NCBI GenBank assembly: GCA_010909165.1
Contig: MU008207.1
Location: 301,983 to 365,982, forward strand
DNA length: 64,000 nt
Origin: Anthoceros angustus
Taxonomy: Eukaryota > Plantae > Anthocerotophyta
Direction: 5' to 3'
Positions 22,430 to 35,899 of this stretch are shown one piece after another; positions within the stretch are counted from its first letter, which is position 1, and each line of letters begins with the position of its first letter. The translations under genes were made by a program, and so were the position numbers. The notes under the pieces were generated by a model that saw only the letters and a list, made by a program, of their open reading frames with translations, ran no database searches and was not told the DNA's origin.

Positions 22430-24978
22430 AGGCGATGGCACCCAAAAGCTCATGGAAGTTTGGGAGCCATGGAACCTCGTGAGCGCAACATTGTGACCCG
22501 CGCTATCCGGACTTTGGGCCCCGGCCGGAGGAAGCGGAGAATTAGTTGAGGAGTGGCACTGGATGTGTTCCGACGGTCCGGACGCTCCACCGTCCGGAGT
22601 TCGCCCAAGATGTTGGCGGCGGCAACAAGGAGGTTCGGTCCAAGAACCTCCGGAGGACCCGAGGCGATGGACCTTGAGGTCCCGAGGGCGCCTACAACCG
22701 CCCAAAGGAGGAAGAAGGGGTGGTGCCGAGCCCCTCAAGGGGAAGATAGGGCCGCTCAGCCGAGGCTCGAACGCAGAGGACCACCAACTACCGGTTGATA
22801 TCCGACCGGATACCGAGTAAGGGCGAGCCCGGATCATTGTCCATTGAACTCGCCACCAAGGTGGATCACCTTGGTGATAACCTGGTATTCTCGCATGCGC
22901 CATGGGGAAGAGGGCGGACTGGGGAAGGATTATCTTCGCCCGTTTCAGTCAGGAGGCCCGCAAGCTCAGGAGCGAGAAGCCCTCGCCATCTGGGCTGTCC
23001 CCATACCTGATCCATGTATGGGGACATTTCGAGCTCCTGAAGGAGGGAGAGCTTGAGCGGGCGCTCCGGAAAGGGCTGGAGGCCCTGCCGGAAGTGGAGC
23101 GTGCAAGGGCGCCCGAGGTGGGGGGCCGACCAAGGCCAAACGGACCCGGGAGGAGGACGACTGGGAGGGGATTCCGGACTCCATACGTCTGGAACGGACC
23201 CCCTCACCACCCAGGGAAGTATGGGAGGAAATCCCCGCTCCTCCTCGGTGCCCCACCGAGCAGCCCAAAGCAGAGGCGGCCCGACCCAATAGCCCCCCAC
23301 CACCACAACCACCAAGGAGCCCGCCGACCCGGAGGGAACCAAGAAGAGACGCTGACAACGCAAAGACCTCGTGACGGTGCCAAGACTTACCCCGCCCACC
23401 TGAGTGGCAAGAAGGAGGCGGTAAGGAGGGCGAAGGGACGCCGCCTGGGAGCAGGAGGTCACCGGCAAAGCACTGGAGCCGGGTCCTGCCTCCTGTGAAG
23501 AGGCAAAAGGGCTTGCTCCCTGACCCCTCACCTCCTCCGAGCCCTGTGAGAAAAAGGGCGGAGAAGGAGCTCGCGCCAAAAGGGCCAAGGAGGGTGAAGC
23601 TCCGAGTCAAAGACTCAGACCTAAGGGTCCCGATTAGGTCCGAGAACCCACCCGACTTACTCCGGTATGGAGGTCCTCGGATCACAAATGCCCTCCCACT
23701 ACGGACTTTGTGGGAGCCTCACTAAGGCCGTGGAAGAAACACGGCGTCCTGCCACCGGCCATGGATTTGGATGCTTTGGGGTCTCATGGATGGCCGAGAA
23801 GACCTGAGGTAGAAGCCACCCGAGGCGATGGTACCTCCGTGAGCAGCTTGAGGGGCCCAGGAGGCAAGGAGGAGGAAGGCCAAGCTCGGCCGATTGAGGA
23901 AGGGAAACGGGAGGCCGAGAGGGAAGTCCGTCCATCCGCAAGGACCGACTAAATTCCTTCACCGGAGGAGCAAGCAGTGCTAAGGAGGCCCAAGCTGGCC
24001 GAGGACCTCCGCAGTGAGAGGGGTAGCGCAGCAGAGGCTAAGAGGCCCGGCGCAAGCGGAGAGGGCTCGACCGCGAGGCGGCCCGACCAGACCAGCCAAG
24101 CCGAGAAGCCTGTGAAGGTGGCCAAGGAGGCGGAAGCCACGGGCGACCGCGATCACCATCGGCGTGATCGAACCGTGGAGGGAGGCCGGGCCACGCCAAT
24201 CAAGGCCGAGCAGCAGAGCAAGCACGGACGAGCTGCAGAACACTGGAGGCCAAGACCCGGAAATCGGAAGCACAGGAGGTAGAAGGGAGGCGGCAGGAGT
24301 CGGAGGAAGGACACCTTGGAGTTACAACCCAAGACGCTGGAGCAGCAAGGGGTTCTCAACGAGAGTCCAAGACTTCGAGTGAGAGAGCGCCCAGCCGCCT
24401 CAAGATGGAGCAGGAGGCGCGGAGCAAGCGCGACCACCAGCCTGTGAAGCTCGCGACAAGGAGATGGAGGATCTCCGACTCACTGAGGTGGAGCAAAGAA
24501 GGCAGGAGATGGAAGACCGCAAGGAGACTTTGAGTCAGCCTTCAAACTACCATTGAGAGGAATGGTAGTCTCAGGATGGTCGCGAACGCAACGGGAAATA
24601 GAGCGGCCCATCGTATGACGGAGGCACGGCGATGGAACAGGAGCAGGACGCCGCCGAGATGGAGAAGGGCCTGGCGAAGCCCGCACCGCAGAGTTGCCCG
24701 ACCGTCTGGAGAGGGAGATGGCGAGTTAAAAATGGAGAGAGCGAGAGCAATCGAAGCATAAGAAGTCACCGTCCAGCTTGAGGAAGGCGAAGGGGAACGC
24801 TTATGGTAAGTCAAGCCGGAGCGGGAAGCGAGGAGTTGGAGCGTGGAGCAACAACACTATGGAGGTGACCGAGGCGCCTGCACCGCGGAAGTGCCCCCCC
24901 CTATCAAACCCGTGGAGGTGGTCCAATGTCAAAGACGCCTCCCGAGCACCTATGGCGAAGGGAGACCTGGGTGCTGTG
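22430..24978 (+). pseudogene. G2 LTR-internal ORF: DWG domain plus coiled coil (probably continues 49925-50148)
   Basis: MGKRADWGRIIFARFSQEARKLRSEKPSPSGLSPYLIHVWGHFELL (22902-23040), then a low-complexity segment and an E/R/K-rich segment. Confidence 0.62.
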
Positions 24979-25208
24979 GGTGGTAAGGGAGAACTGGGCA
25001 CTCCCTGTGTCCTCCCACTATAGCGGCCACACTTATCCCAATCGCCGCTCAGACGCTGGGTTTCGTCCCATGAGACTTGTGTGAAAGTTCGAGGTCTTGT
25101 GATGCCCGATCGCTACTGACACACTTCTCACCTTCTAAACAAGCAAGGCACCCTCTACTCTCCCTCACTGCACCACTTGCACCGCTCAAAATCGCCAACC
25201 CTCGACCC

Positions 25209-25530
25209 ACAACGACACAAAACAATGGGTCCCGCCGAGAAGGAGCCTACCACGGCGCCTGGGACCCCCGTTCACACCGCGATTTCGTCCCTACTTCTAA
25301 GACCAAACTTGACCTACAACGACACAACACAAAACAATTGGGTCCCGCCCAGAAGGAGCCTACCACGGCGCCGGGACCCCTTCACCGCGATTTCGTCCCT
25401 ACTTCTAAGACCAAACTTGACCTACAACGACACAACACAGGTGTGTCCCGCCTCAAGAAGAGCCTACCACGGGCGCCTGTGGACCCCCGGTTCACACCGC
25501 GATTTCGTCCCTACTTCTAAGACCAAACTT
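25209..25530. repeat. Three ~110 bp tandem units in G1 U5
   Basis: acaacgacacaa..gagcctaccacgg..gatttcgtccctacttctaagaccaaac three times; same array at 40909-41230. Confidence 0.92.
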
Positions 25531-26859
25531 CTCCACTCGGGAGCGCTTTGCAGATTTGGGATTCGTCCCTTAGGCTCGCCTGTGGCCTTCCACTAACACC
25601 TACACCTCTAATCCTCTACTCATCTTCTCATCTCCTCATCCTCTTCCTCCTAGTCTAACCTCGATTCGGGCTTCTTGGTTTCGACCGCCCTTACGCACAA
25701 CCGCCTGGGTCCGCCTCCACCAGAAGTTCTTCCTTGGGCGGTTGCTATGAGTTTGACACTGTGACACGAGAACCTGTGGAGTCTTTCCTGTAGTCTACCC
25801 TCAAGCCGAGAGTTCTGGGCATTTGCCACACACCCAAAGCAAAGCAATTTCACAGAACCATTCACAAGGGGAGCAACTCGTTTAGGCACTTGCAGAGCAA
25901 GTCCTCCACCAAGCACTCCGACCACCGCGACTTCCTCTCTACTGACTGTGTTGGCTCACAGACGAAATTCCTCTGTAATGGCAAAGGACTCGGAGCGTGG
26001 AAGCGCAAGACATGATACTTTACTTTGTGAAATCCTCCTCCTCTTATAGGAGGCCTTCCACATACAACCTCCCTTGGTGACCCTCCGCAGTCACCTTTTC
26101 CAATTTTCTATTATTTCCTACCACAAGATTTAATGTCCGGCACCTAAGTCTATTGTCCGATCCTTGGTAAATTCTATTCTAGTAACTTCACCTAAGACCA
26201 TCCTTGAAGGATGTCACCACACCACCGCGACTTCCTCTCTGACGTGGTTGGCTCACAGCCGGCACGAAATTCCTCTGTAATGGCAAAGGACTCGATGAGG
26301 GTGGAAGCGCAAGACATGATACTTTACTTTGTGAAATCCTCCTCCTCTTATAGGAGGCCTTCCACATACAACCTCCCTTGGGTGACCCTACTGCAGGTCA
26401 CCTTTTCCAATTTTCTATTATTTCCTACCGCCAGCATTTAATGTCTGGCACCTAAGTCTATTGTCTGATCCTTGGTAAATTCTATTCTAGTAACTTCACC
26501 TAAGACCATCCTTGAAGGATGTCAGTCTACACCACCTATCCTTCCCGTTCCCCAAAGCTCATTTATGGTCATTGACCATTCTTAGTCCTTATCTCACTGG
26601 GTGGTGACATGGCCCTTGGGATTGGCTCCTCGCCTCCTTTTGCTCTGCCCCTTCCCCATCTTGTCGCTTCCTAATGTGTGGCAAGTACCATCTGCCCCTT
26701 CCTCCATCTCCATGGGCGGCGCCTAAAGTCCTGTTATCTTCCATCCGCCTCCCGCACCTAGGCGCCTTCTCTCTCCGCCTGTCGCCTGCTCATCGACCTA
26801 CGGTAGTCGGACTCGTACTACCATGGTAGTCCTACCATCTCCTTCTTCTTCCTTCCTCT

Positions 26860-29800
26860 CCATCGGTGATGTCTCTGGGTGAGATCTTTTGCTCCTTCCT
26901 TGCTGATTTTGTCCATACCTATCATAGAGCATGTCTTCAAAGAATCTTCCATCCGCCTCCTCCTCCTCTCCGGGCCTTCTTGCGTTGGTCTCCTCCGCCC
27001 GGCTCCTCCCTTATCCGTGGGCGAGGGAACTTCTCACCCTCCCTTCCTCGACGGTCGGACCGTCCTTAGTCTCCTCCGGTGGGGTTGTCTCCCACCACCC
27101 CAGCCTCCAGGGGTATACTACCCACCCCTCCTTCATCCTCGCCCAGCCTCCGGCCCACTCCCCAGCTCCACGGCACTGCCCTACCCTAGTCCGGGACTAC
27201 CCAGGTGGAGTACCACGGTACATCAGTGGTAGGTGGTCACCCACCGTGGTAGGTTGACCCCGAGGTGGGCTTTCCCCTCCTTGCCGCGCCACCTTCTACC
27301 TTTGGCGCCACGGCTCCTTCGCCTCTCGACTCCTCGATTCCTCGAGTCCATTTCGATGGCCTCATCAAAATCGGAGGCCTCGGCTGCACTTGTGCAGCTC
27401 CTTCATCATCATCATGAGGACCCAATGTCCTCCTCTTGGCCAAACGCAAGACTCATTGTTGGCCTTCAAGATTCTATTGTGGAGGTGAGCCCCAAGCTAT
27501 GATATTGCATTTGGAGATCATCAATCTCCGTGGGCCACTCTCCATCTTCACACCTACCTTTGTAGGCGTCCCTTGAGGTGGTCAATTCCCCACCTTGACA
27601 TGGAGGGTCACATTCTCCTCCTTTTTTAGGCCAATTTTGCTCAAGGGCATAATGCCCAAAACCTCGCTTCCTTACTACCAAGATTCTATGCACCACCTTC
27701 TTGTGGCTCCTCCTCTGGACCTTTTCCTTCCAAGTCCTCTATTGTTGAGCAAGCCCTTCCTCCGCCTTTGCCTCCAACCTTCTCCTTCTTCTCCTCTTGG
27801 CCAAACGCAAGATCTCATTGTTGGCCTTCCTCATCCACGAATTTGGCTTGAGGAGCTTCTCTTCCAAACTAAACCGGTCTTCTCAACTCTTCCTTCATGT
27901 CCGGATTTTGATGGCTTGCGTAGCCATCACTGCTCATGGCCCATTTTGGACCGCTACCTTCTCCTTCCGAGAGCCTCTGTTTTGCCCTTTCGCTCTTGCT
28001 CTAATTGGGCAAAATGCTCCGCCTTTGCCTCCATGAGTCTCGTTGGGTGGTTGCTCGAATGGCTCTTTCTTCTTTGAGCCAACCTTCCTCCAAGACCTTC
28101 TCCTCTCCGCTGATCCATGAGGTCGCTGGAGCTTCTCCTGACCTTTTCCAATTGGCTGCCTTTTCATCGGACTCCATGGCCTCCAATTGCCATTTAGTCC
28201 CCGCCTTCCTCCGGCCATGTCTTGAGATTTCACTTCCTCTTGGCATGCCCACAAGGAGGCTGCTAGGTCCCTAGCCTTCAAATCCACACGGTGAGTGCTT
28301 CACAAGCACCAGAATTCTCCTAGGGGTCCTAATTCCACCCCTTCTTTCTTCTTGGAAATTTCCAGCTCTCACTCTCGGGCCATCGCGCGCGGGCCCCTTC
28401 ACCGTCGCTCCATCCGCCTCCCACCGGCGCGGAGATGGTGGCCTCGGCGCGCACCTCGCTGCTTCTCCTTCCCTTCCCCGCCACCTTCTACCTTTGTAGG
28501 CGTCCCTTGAGGTGGTCACCCACCGTGGTAGGTGGTCACCCACCGTGGTAGGTGGTCACCCACCGTGGTAGTCCGCCTACCTACCATGGTAGGTGACGCC
28601 TACGGTAGTGCCCACCCCTTGGGTGGCCTCCCGGGTAGTCCGGGTGCCTCTCGTAGGCACAAAGGAGATGGTGGGGACTCCCCACCCTGGGTCACCCTCC
28701 CGTGGTCCTTCTCTCATAGACCACCATTCGGCCTTCTCGGCCGCCTTGCTCTTCTTCCCTTGCTTGCTCCTGGGGAAAGGATTCCCACTCCGCAACTTTG
28801 TTGCCTCCAACCTTCTCCTCTTGCCTAGCATTTTGTGGAGGTCGACCTCCCACCGTCTTCGCAATGCAAAAGGCAAAGGCCTTTCCAACCTCGGTGGAGA
28901 TGGATGACCTCAAAGGGATGCCATGCATCTTCAAGCTCCTTGCTTGTGAGAGTCCCTCGGTTTCCCATAAATGCACCAAATAGGTGCTAAGATAGGTGGC
29001 CTTGGCCTTCCTCATCCACGAATTTGGCTTGAGGAGCTTCTCGATGGTGGATGTAGGCCTCATACATGATAGTCCCCAATCCGCTTGGCTCCCATGGAAA
29101 TCTTCCACAAAATTGGAGGAAGTTGGTGCTGAAATAAGAGTGCGTTGGTAATTTACCAACCCCAGCACAATCTTTGCGAAGAGCCTCCACTTGACTCCTT
29201 GATGCTCTCGGTCTTCCAGCCATTCTTGGCGTGGCCTTCACCTCCATCCATCATGTCAAGGAACTCCTGCGGGATGTCGAGGCTGTCCTCTTCCTCCATT
29301 CGACCTTTCGAGGAGAGCAATTCGAGCTCTCTTCCTCCGGTCTTCCATACACTGTCGAATACTTGGTCCAGCGTGGATCCGTTCGAGCATTCCTTCCCAG
29401 TGCGGCAGGCGCTTCCGATTGATGGAGGTTGATGTAACACTCCTCAATCAATTCCAAATTGGTGTAGGCCCATTGGCGGCCATACACCCATCCTAATTGG
29501 ATGTTCTCCTCCGCCCACCGCCGAAAATCAACCAAATCTGGGGTTGAGCTGCCCAAAAGCAAGTGAATTGGGGCATCACTCACCTCCTCGCGAGGAAGAG
29601 CCCTTGCGTGGCTCCTTCCCTTGCCTTTCCTTTCCTCCTCGCGAGGAAGAGCCCTTGCGTGGCTCCTTCCCTTGCCTTTCCAGCTCGAGGCATGGCCTTC
29701 CTTCCCAAGCAAAGGAAGGATTACTTCCCAATTTCAGCCCAGCTCGCTCCCAAACACTCCTTCTTCTGGGATATCCTCTTCCTCCATTCGACCTTTCGAG

Positions 29801-30150
29801 AGAGCAATTCGAGCTCTTCCTCAATTTCTTCTCGTAGCCTTGGGTGGTCGTGATCCTTCCTCTTCCTCCATTCGACCTTTCGAGAGAGCAATTCGAGCTC
29901 TTCCTCCGGTCTTCCATACACCCACCCAATTGGATGTTCTCCTCCTCTTGCTTCCTCGTCCATTGCGTTGGTGGTTACCTTCTCCTCCTCCGCCTCCTTC
30001 TTCTCGCTAGGGTTTTCCTTTCCTCCTCGCCTCCTCCTCCTCGAGGCATGGTGGCGGCTCCTTCCCTTGCCTTTCCTCCTCGCCGCCTCCTCCGCCAAGT
30101 GAGTTCCTCCTCGAGTTGCGCCTTGCACACTTTGCCTCTTTGGATGCGCC
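26860..30150 (-). pseudogene. G1 LTR-internal long ORF (Athila ORF1/Transposase_32-like domain plus coiled coil), fragmented
   Basis: GWVYGRQWAYTNLELIEECYINL; ADWGTIMYEAYIHHREKLLKPNSWMRKAKATYLSTYLVHLWETEGL (across a frameshift); EHFAQLEQERKGKTEAL. Confidence 0.68.
28511..28592. repeat. 20 bp tandem array with the palindrome core
   Basis: ggtggtcacccaccgtggta three times, then ctaccatggtag. Confidence 0.92.
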
Positions 30151-30619
30151 ACCGGCGCACAACCCTAGATTGGATTCATCATTCCAAAATCCTAATTCTA
30201 CCTATTTTCCTATCTCGCTATCCTAATTAATTAATTACTTATATATTTATTCCCTATTGATGAGCATATATAGTGGATATCCCCTCTATTCTAAATTTCC
30301 TTTTTGAGATTGATACGGTAGTCTGCCACCACTGTAGTCCGCCACCACCGTGTGGTCCTTCCTCGTCCATTGCGTTGGTGGTTACCTTCTCCTCTTGCTT
30401 CCTCGTCCATTGCGTTGGTGGTTACCTTTTCCTCCTCTTCTTCTGGGATATCCTTTTCGCCTTCCTAACAATATCCTACAACTCCAATTTTAAGATTTTC
30501 CGCATGCTCCTCTTCAATCGTTCTAGCCAAAAAAATCAAACTTGTTGTCTTGGCTCTTTTGGGCTGGTTGCCCAAACTTTCGTTCCACATACTCCCCACC
30601 TCACTGTTTGCGTCCTCGC

Positions 30620-31900
30620 AAACAATTTCGGAGGTACTTCTTGACCTTCCACCCATTGACTGGGTGCCTCCCCCAATACCCGGAGTTGCACAGATCCATT
30701 CTCGTATACTGCGACTACCTCGTAAGGTCCCATCCACCTTAGCCTAAGCTTCCCTGGAAAGTCTAGGTACCGACTATCATATAGAAGAACCAAATCCCCG
30801 TCCACGATAGCCTCTTGCTTCCTCAACCTCCCATCATGCCTGCCTTTTCTGAGTTCCTGAATCCGCTGCGTTTCTTCTAAAGCATCCTCCCTACGTTCTT
30901 CCTGCTCTATGAATGATTCTAGTCTAACTACCTGGCTATCCTCTACAGTCATGCATTCGTCCTCCATGATTCTGTAGGTGGGTACTTCAAACTCCACTGG
31001 CATCACAGGTGACATGCCATACGTTAGATAATAAGGGGTCTTTTTGGTGGTTACCTTTTCCGCGGTCCTGTAAGCCCACAGTGTCGAATGCAACTTGGCA
31101 TCCCAATCATACATGTGTGTTACAGTCACCTTGGTAAGGATTGTGCATAGCAACCCATTCGTCTTCTCCGTTAATCCATTCGCTTTGGGGTTGTAGGGGG
31201 TCGTCTTTCGATGCCGAATGTTGAAGTAGGTGGTCAGTGATTCAACGACCGAGTTGAGGAAATGTGTCCCCGCTGACCAACTCTAAAGGACATCCATACC
31301 TGGTTATGATGTTCTCGAATAGAAACTTGGCTACTGCAGGCGCGTCGTCCTTCCTGGTTGCTTCAGCTTCCACCATCTTCGTACAATAATCCGTAGCCAC
31401 CAAAATGTACTGCTTCCTCGTCCATTGCGTTGGTGGTTTGATCGGCCCTACGAAATCGATTCCCCACTTCTCGAACGGTGCTAGCGGTAGGATGTAGGTA
31501 AGAGGCCATTGTGTCGACAACGTAGGCCGCCCAACCCTCTGACACGCATCACACCTCCGGGTGAACTCCCACACATCCTTTTGCATCGTAGCCCACCAAA
31601 ACCCGGCATTCAAAATCTTCTTAACGGTCACTGCACGAATAGTGTCCACCGCCTCTTACGCATGTAACGCCTCGCGGTCTAATCTCCTCCTTAGCCGAGA
31701 CACCGGATCTTTTCGTCGCCCAAGTTTGTACAGGACACCTTCCGTATGCGAGGGGCTTTATGGAGAAAGACCGCCTTCCCTTGACAACCCATCCGGCATG
31801 ATTCCATGCTCCGAATTTACGTTTCACCGCTCAACAAATACCTCGGGCATGAACGCCCCTCGCGTCTAATCTTCTCCTTCCGTGTGCCACGTCTCCTCCT
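30620..31900 (-). pseudogene. pol: G1 integrase
   Basis: CDACQR, WGIDFVGP, ATDYCTK, YNPKANG, LWAYRT, RWMGPY. Confidence 0.95.
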
Positions 31901-31949
31901 CCTAGGACGTAGTAGCTCCGATGGCGTGTATCCATCCTCGCCCACGGCT

Positions 31950-34900
31950 TCGCCGCCCATGCCGCGTTCCTCAACTCAAGTTCGTCGCATGTTCTTCCTT
32001 CATTAACAGTTGATTTCGCCTCGCCGGCCCAACTGCCTGGGTCCATCTCGTGCTCCCATGGCGACCTCCTCGACTTGTTGCACCTCCATGGTCGATTTTG
32101 AGGATTGCCCATGATCCGCCAACTCCTTCTTTTCTTCAAGCTTGTCATGGGATGAAGCTCCTTCCTCGCCTCTGGCACCCACCTCCCTAGGGCCTTCTCC
32201 TCGCCTCATGGCGCTCATGACCTCGCCAAGTGGGGCCTTCTCGCTCAAAAGCGGTGCTCTCATGTCCGTTTCTTCCTTTGCCAACGTGGCCTCCACTTGC
32301 AGCCCTCGACTGCTCACCCTTGAGGAGCATTCCAGCCTCCTCCTTGCGCCATGCTGGCGCCATCCTATCTCCTCGGATTTCCAAATTGTCCTGCGCTTTT
32401 CGCACAACGCCCCTTCTTGCTCATTTGGCCTCTGCAACAAGACTTGCTGATCAATTCTTAGGCCTTCGACAACATGCTCACCTCCTTCCCTTCGACTTGG
32501 GTCATGGTAACCAACTCCTCGTCGAAATCGATCATCCGTGGCTTCAAGTCGCTCTCCTTCAAAGAAATGAAATCGATTCGATGTTGCTTCGGCCTGGTTT
32601 CTACGTCATAGTCAAACTCTTGCAGCGTAATACCCACCGCAATCCTTCACGACAAACCGGCTTGTTGACAAGATACTTCAACGCAAAATGATCGACATGA
32701 ACGTAACCTTGCAAGCGGATAGTGTCTAAACTTCTTACGAGTAAATGATACCAAGACCCTCCCGCTCCGTGGTTGAGTAGTTCTTTTCATCCGTGAGTGT
32801 CTACCCGCATAGAAAATCGGATGATCCGCTTTCTTCTCATCTTCGACTTAAGACGGTCCCAATAGCATAGGCGGACACATCCACGTATACATGAAACGGC
32901 TTCCCCAATCCGCGGTTGTAAAGTTGGTGCGCTCACCAAGCTGTCCTTCAAGCCGAAAAGCCTCTGCCGGCGTCGTCCATTCAAGGGTGTATCCTTTTGG
33001 TTAATTGTGTCAACAAGGCTGCCTTCTTGGCGAAATCCTTGATGAACCTCTGTAATACCCCACTAGCCCTACAAAAGCTCGCACCGCCTTACCGTCGCGT
33101 CCATCTCGCTATCATCGCTACCTTCTCTTTATCTACCGCAATCCTCGAAACTCGATGTGCTAATAGAATGCCCTCCGTCATGCCAAAATAACACTTCCCC
33201 GGATGAAGTTTCATGTTCGACTCCCTGCACTTCTGAAAACATTGCCTCAAATGGTCTAAATGCAGGTTCCTTCTCCCAAATACGCAGAAATCATCCAGGA
33301 ATACCTCCATGAACTTCCTCAGAAAATCTCGGAATATCGCGTTCACCACCCGCTGGAAAGTGGCCGGGGCATTGCACAACCGAAAGGGAGCTTCGAATAG
33401 GCGTAAGTTCCCCAATCCGTCGTGAACGTTGTCTTGTCCTGATCCTCCCTCCGCAGCGAAATTTGATTGTACCCAGAATATCCATCCAAGAAACTGTACA
33501 TCTCATGTCCAGCTACTGTGTCCAGCACACTGTCCATGAAAGGTAAAGGGTGATGATCCTTCTTCGTTGCTTCGTTGAGTTTCGAAAATCTTGACACACC
33601 GAACCTTTCCTGCCGCCATGCCGCGTTCCTCAACTGGTTCGTCCGCATGTTCTTCCTTCATTAACAGGTTGATTTCGTCTGCCCCTGTCGGCCCAACTTC
33701 GTGTCTGGGTCCATCTCGTGCTCCCATGGCGACCTCCTCGACTTGTTGCACCTCCATGGTCGATTTTGAGGGATTGCCCACAGATCTGCCAACTCCCCCT
33801 TCTGCAATTTTTCTTCAAGCTTGTCATGGGATGAAGCTCCTTCCTCGCCCTCTGGCGCACCCACCTCCCTAGGGGCGTCTCCTCCTCGCGGCCTCATGGC
33901 GCCTGGCTTGACCGCCAAGTGGGGCCTTCTCGCTCAAAAGCGGTGCTCTCATGTCCGTTTTGCGCCTTTGCCAACGTGTGGCCTCCACTTGCAGCCCTCG
34001 ACTGCTCACCCTTGAGGAGCATTCAGCCTCCTTGCGCCATGCTGGCGCCATCCTATCTCCTCGGATTTCCAAATTGTCCTGCTGCGCTTTTCGCACAACG
34101 CCCCTTCTTGCTCATTTGGCCTCTCTGGCAAGACTTGCTGATCAATTCTTAGGCCTTCGACAACATGCTCACCTCCTTCCCTTCGACTTGGGTCATGGTA
34201 ACCAACTCCTCGTCGAAATCGATCATCCGTGGCTTCAAGTCGCTCTCCGGTTTCGAGAAATGAAATCGATTCGATGTTGCTCGGCCTGGTTTCTACGTCG
34301 TCAAACTCTTGCAGCGAATACCCATCTGGCAATCCTTCACGACAAACCGCTTGTTGACAAGATACTTCAACGCAAAATGGTCACATGAAGCGTAACCTTG
34401 CAAGCAAGCGATAGTGTCTAAACTTCTTACGAGTAAATGATACCAAGACCCTCCCGCTCCGTGGTTGAGTAGTTCTTTTCGATCCGTGAGTGTCTACCCG
34501 CATAGAAAATCGGATGATCCGTTTCTTCTCATCTTCCGACTTAAGACGGTCCCAATAGCATAGGCGGACACATCCACGTATACATGAAACGGCTTCCCCA
34601 ATCCGGCGGTTGTAAAGTTGGTGCGCTCACCAAGCTCCTTCAAGCCGAAAAGCCTCTGTCGTCCATTCAAGGGTGTATCCTTTTGGTTAATTGTGTCAAC
34701 AAGGCTGCCTTCTTGGCGAAATCCTTGATGAACCTCTGTAATACCCCACTAGCCTACAAAAGCTCGCACCGCCTTACCGTTTGGGTGCGTCCATCTACTA
34801 TCGCTACCTTCTCTTTATCTACCGTAATCCTCGCTGAAACTCGATGTGCTAATAGAATGCCCTCCGTCATGCCAAAATAACACTTCCGGATGAAGTTTCA

Positions 34901-35600
34901 TGTTCGACTCGCATTTAAAGCATTGCCTCAAATGGTCTAAATGCAAGTTCCTTCTCCCAAATACGAAATCATCCAGGAATACCTCCATGAACTTCTAAAA
35001 TCTCGGAATATCGCGTTCACCACCGGAAAGTGGCGGGGCATTGCACAACCGAAGGGAGCTTGAATAGGCATAAGTTCCCCAATCCGTGAACGTTGTTTTG
35101 TCTGATCCTCCTTCGCGAAATTTGATTGTACCGAATATCCATCCAAGAAAATCGTACATCTGGCCACCATGTGTCCAACACTGTCCATGAAAGGTAAAGG
35201 GTGATGATCCTTCTTCGTTGCTTGAGTTTCACGAAAATCTTGACACACCGAACCTTTCCTGCCGCTTCTTTGGTACAATCACGATGGGGCGACCCACTCC
35301 GGTGAGCACCGGATAAATCACCCACCTCCAAGTATTGGTCGGTGATCCTTAACAACCATGGAATACTTGGGATTCACTGTATTGCTTGATCCTCACCGAG
35401 TCTTGCCCTCCTTCAGTCTATTCGATGCCCCAGTTCTTCCGGTATCCTGTCATGTCGGTAATCTTGAAGGCAAACACATCGACATATTCTCTAAGGACCC
35501 TACGAAACTCATCTTTTCTACCGCCTAGGTACTTAGAAATCTTGACTACCTTGCTAGGTTCTAACTCTAGGTCTTCTACGCCCGGGGATCTACATATGTT
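31950..35600 (-). pseudogene. pol: G1 RT-RNase H, present as a ~1.65 kb tandem duplication
   Basis: TKKDHHPLPFMD, FLDGYSGYNQI, CNAPATFQR, VFLDDF, NYSTTEREGLG; copies at about 31950-33612 and 33612-35262. Confidence 0.93.
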
Positions 35601-35899
35601 CCTCCGGTGCTGCCTATCTTGGTTCGGATCCCTCTTAGGAAAGTCTCATAAGCCTGCCCTTCCAAAAGGCTACTCCTTCTCTATGGGCCTCATCCTCGAC
35701 TCCTCTATGGCTTCCTCTATAAAAGCATACACCAAATCACTCTTTATTTGCGACCTCATGAGGGACCCCGATATGCTCGATCCGCCCGAGGAGCTTACCC
35801 CGTGCTACGAGGTGTACGTCGACCGGGCAGCTCCCCTCATAAGGAGCCTTACTCCATGACACAAAAGCAATCGCAGTCCGTCTTGGACTTGAAGGTGAT

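Larger units (their letters stand above)
24979..30589 (-). repeat. G1 3' LTR (~5.6 kb)
   Basis: Collinear with 40692-49924; ends gttccaca next to the PPT. Confidence 0.88.

Noticed and set aside
21956-23685. Long minus-strand ORFs in G2
   Set aside because: Shadow frames of GC-rich DNA; the conserved motif is on the plus strand.
25209-25530. Repeat array resembling CRISPR
   Set aside because: Units are full ~110 bp tandem repeats without unique spacers, lie inside an LTR, and have no cas genes nearby.
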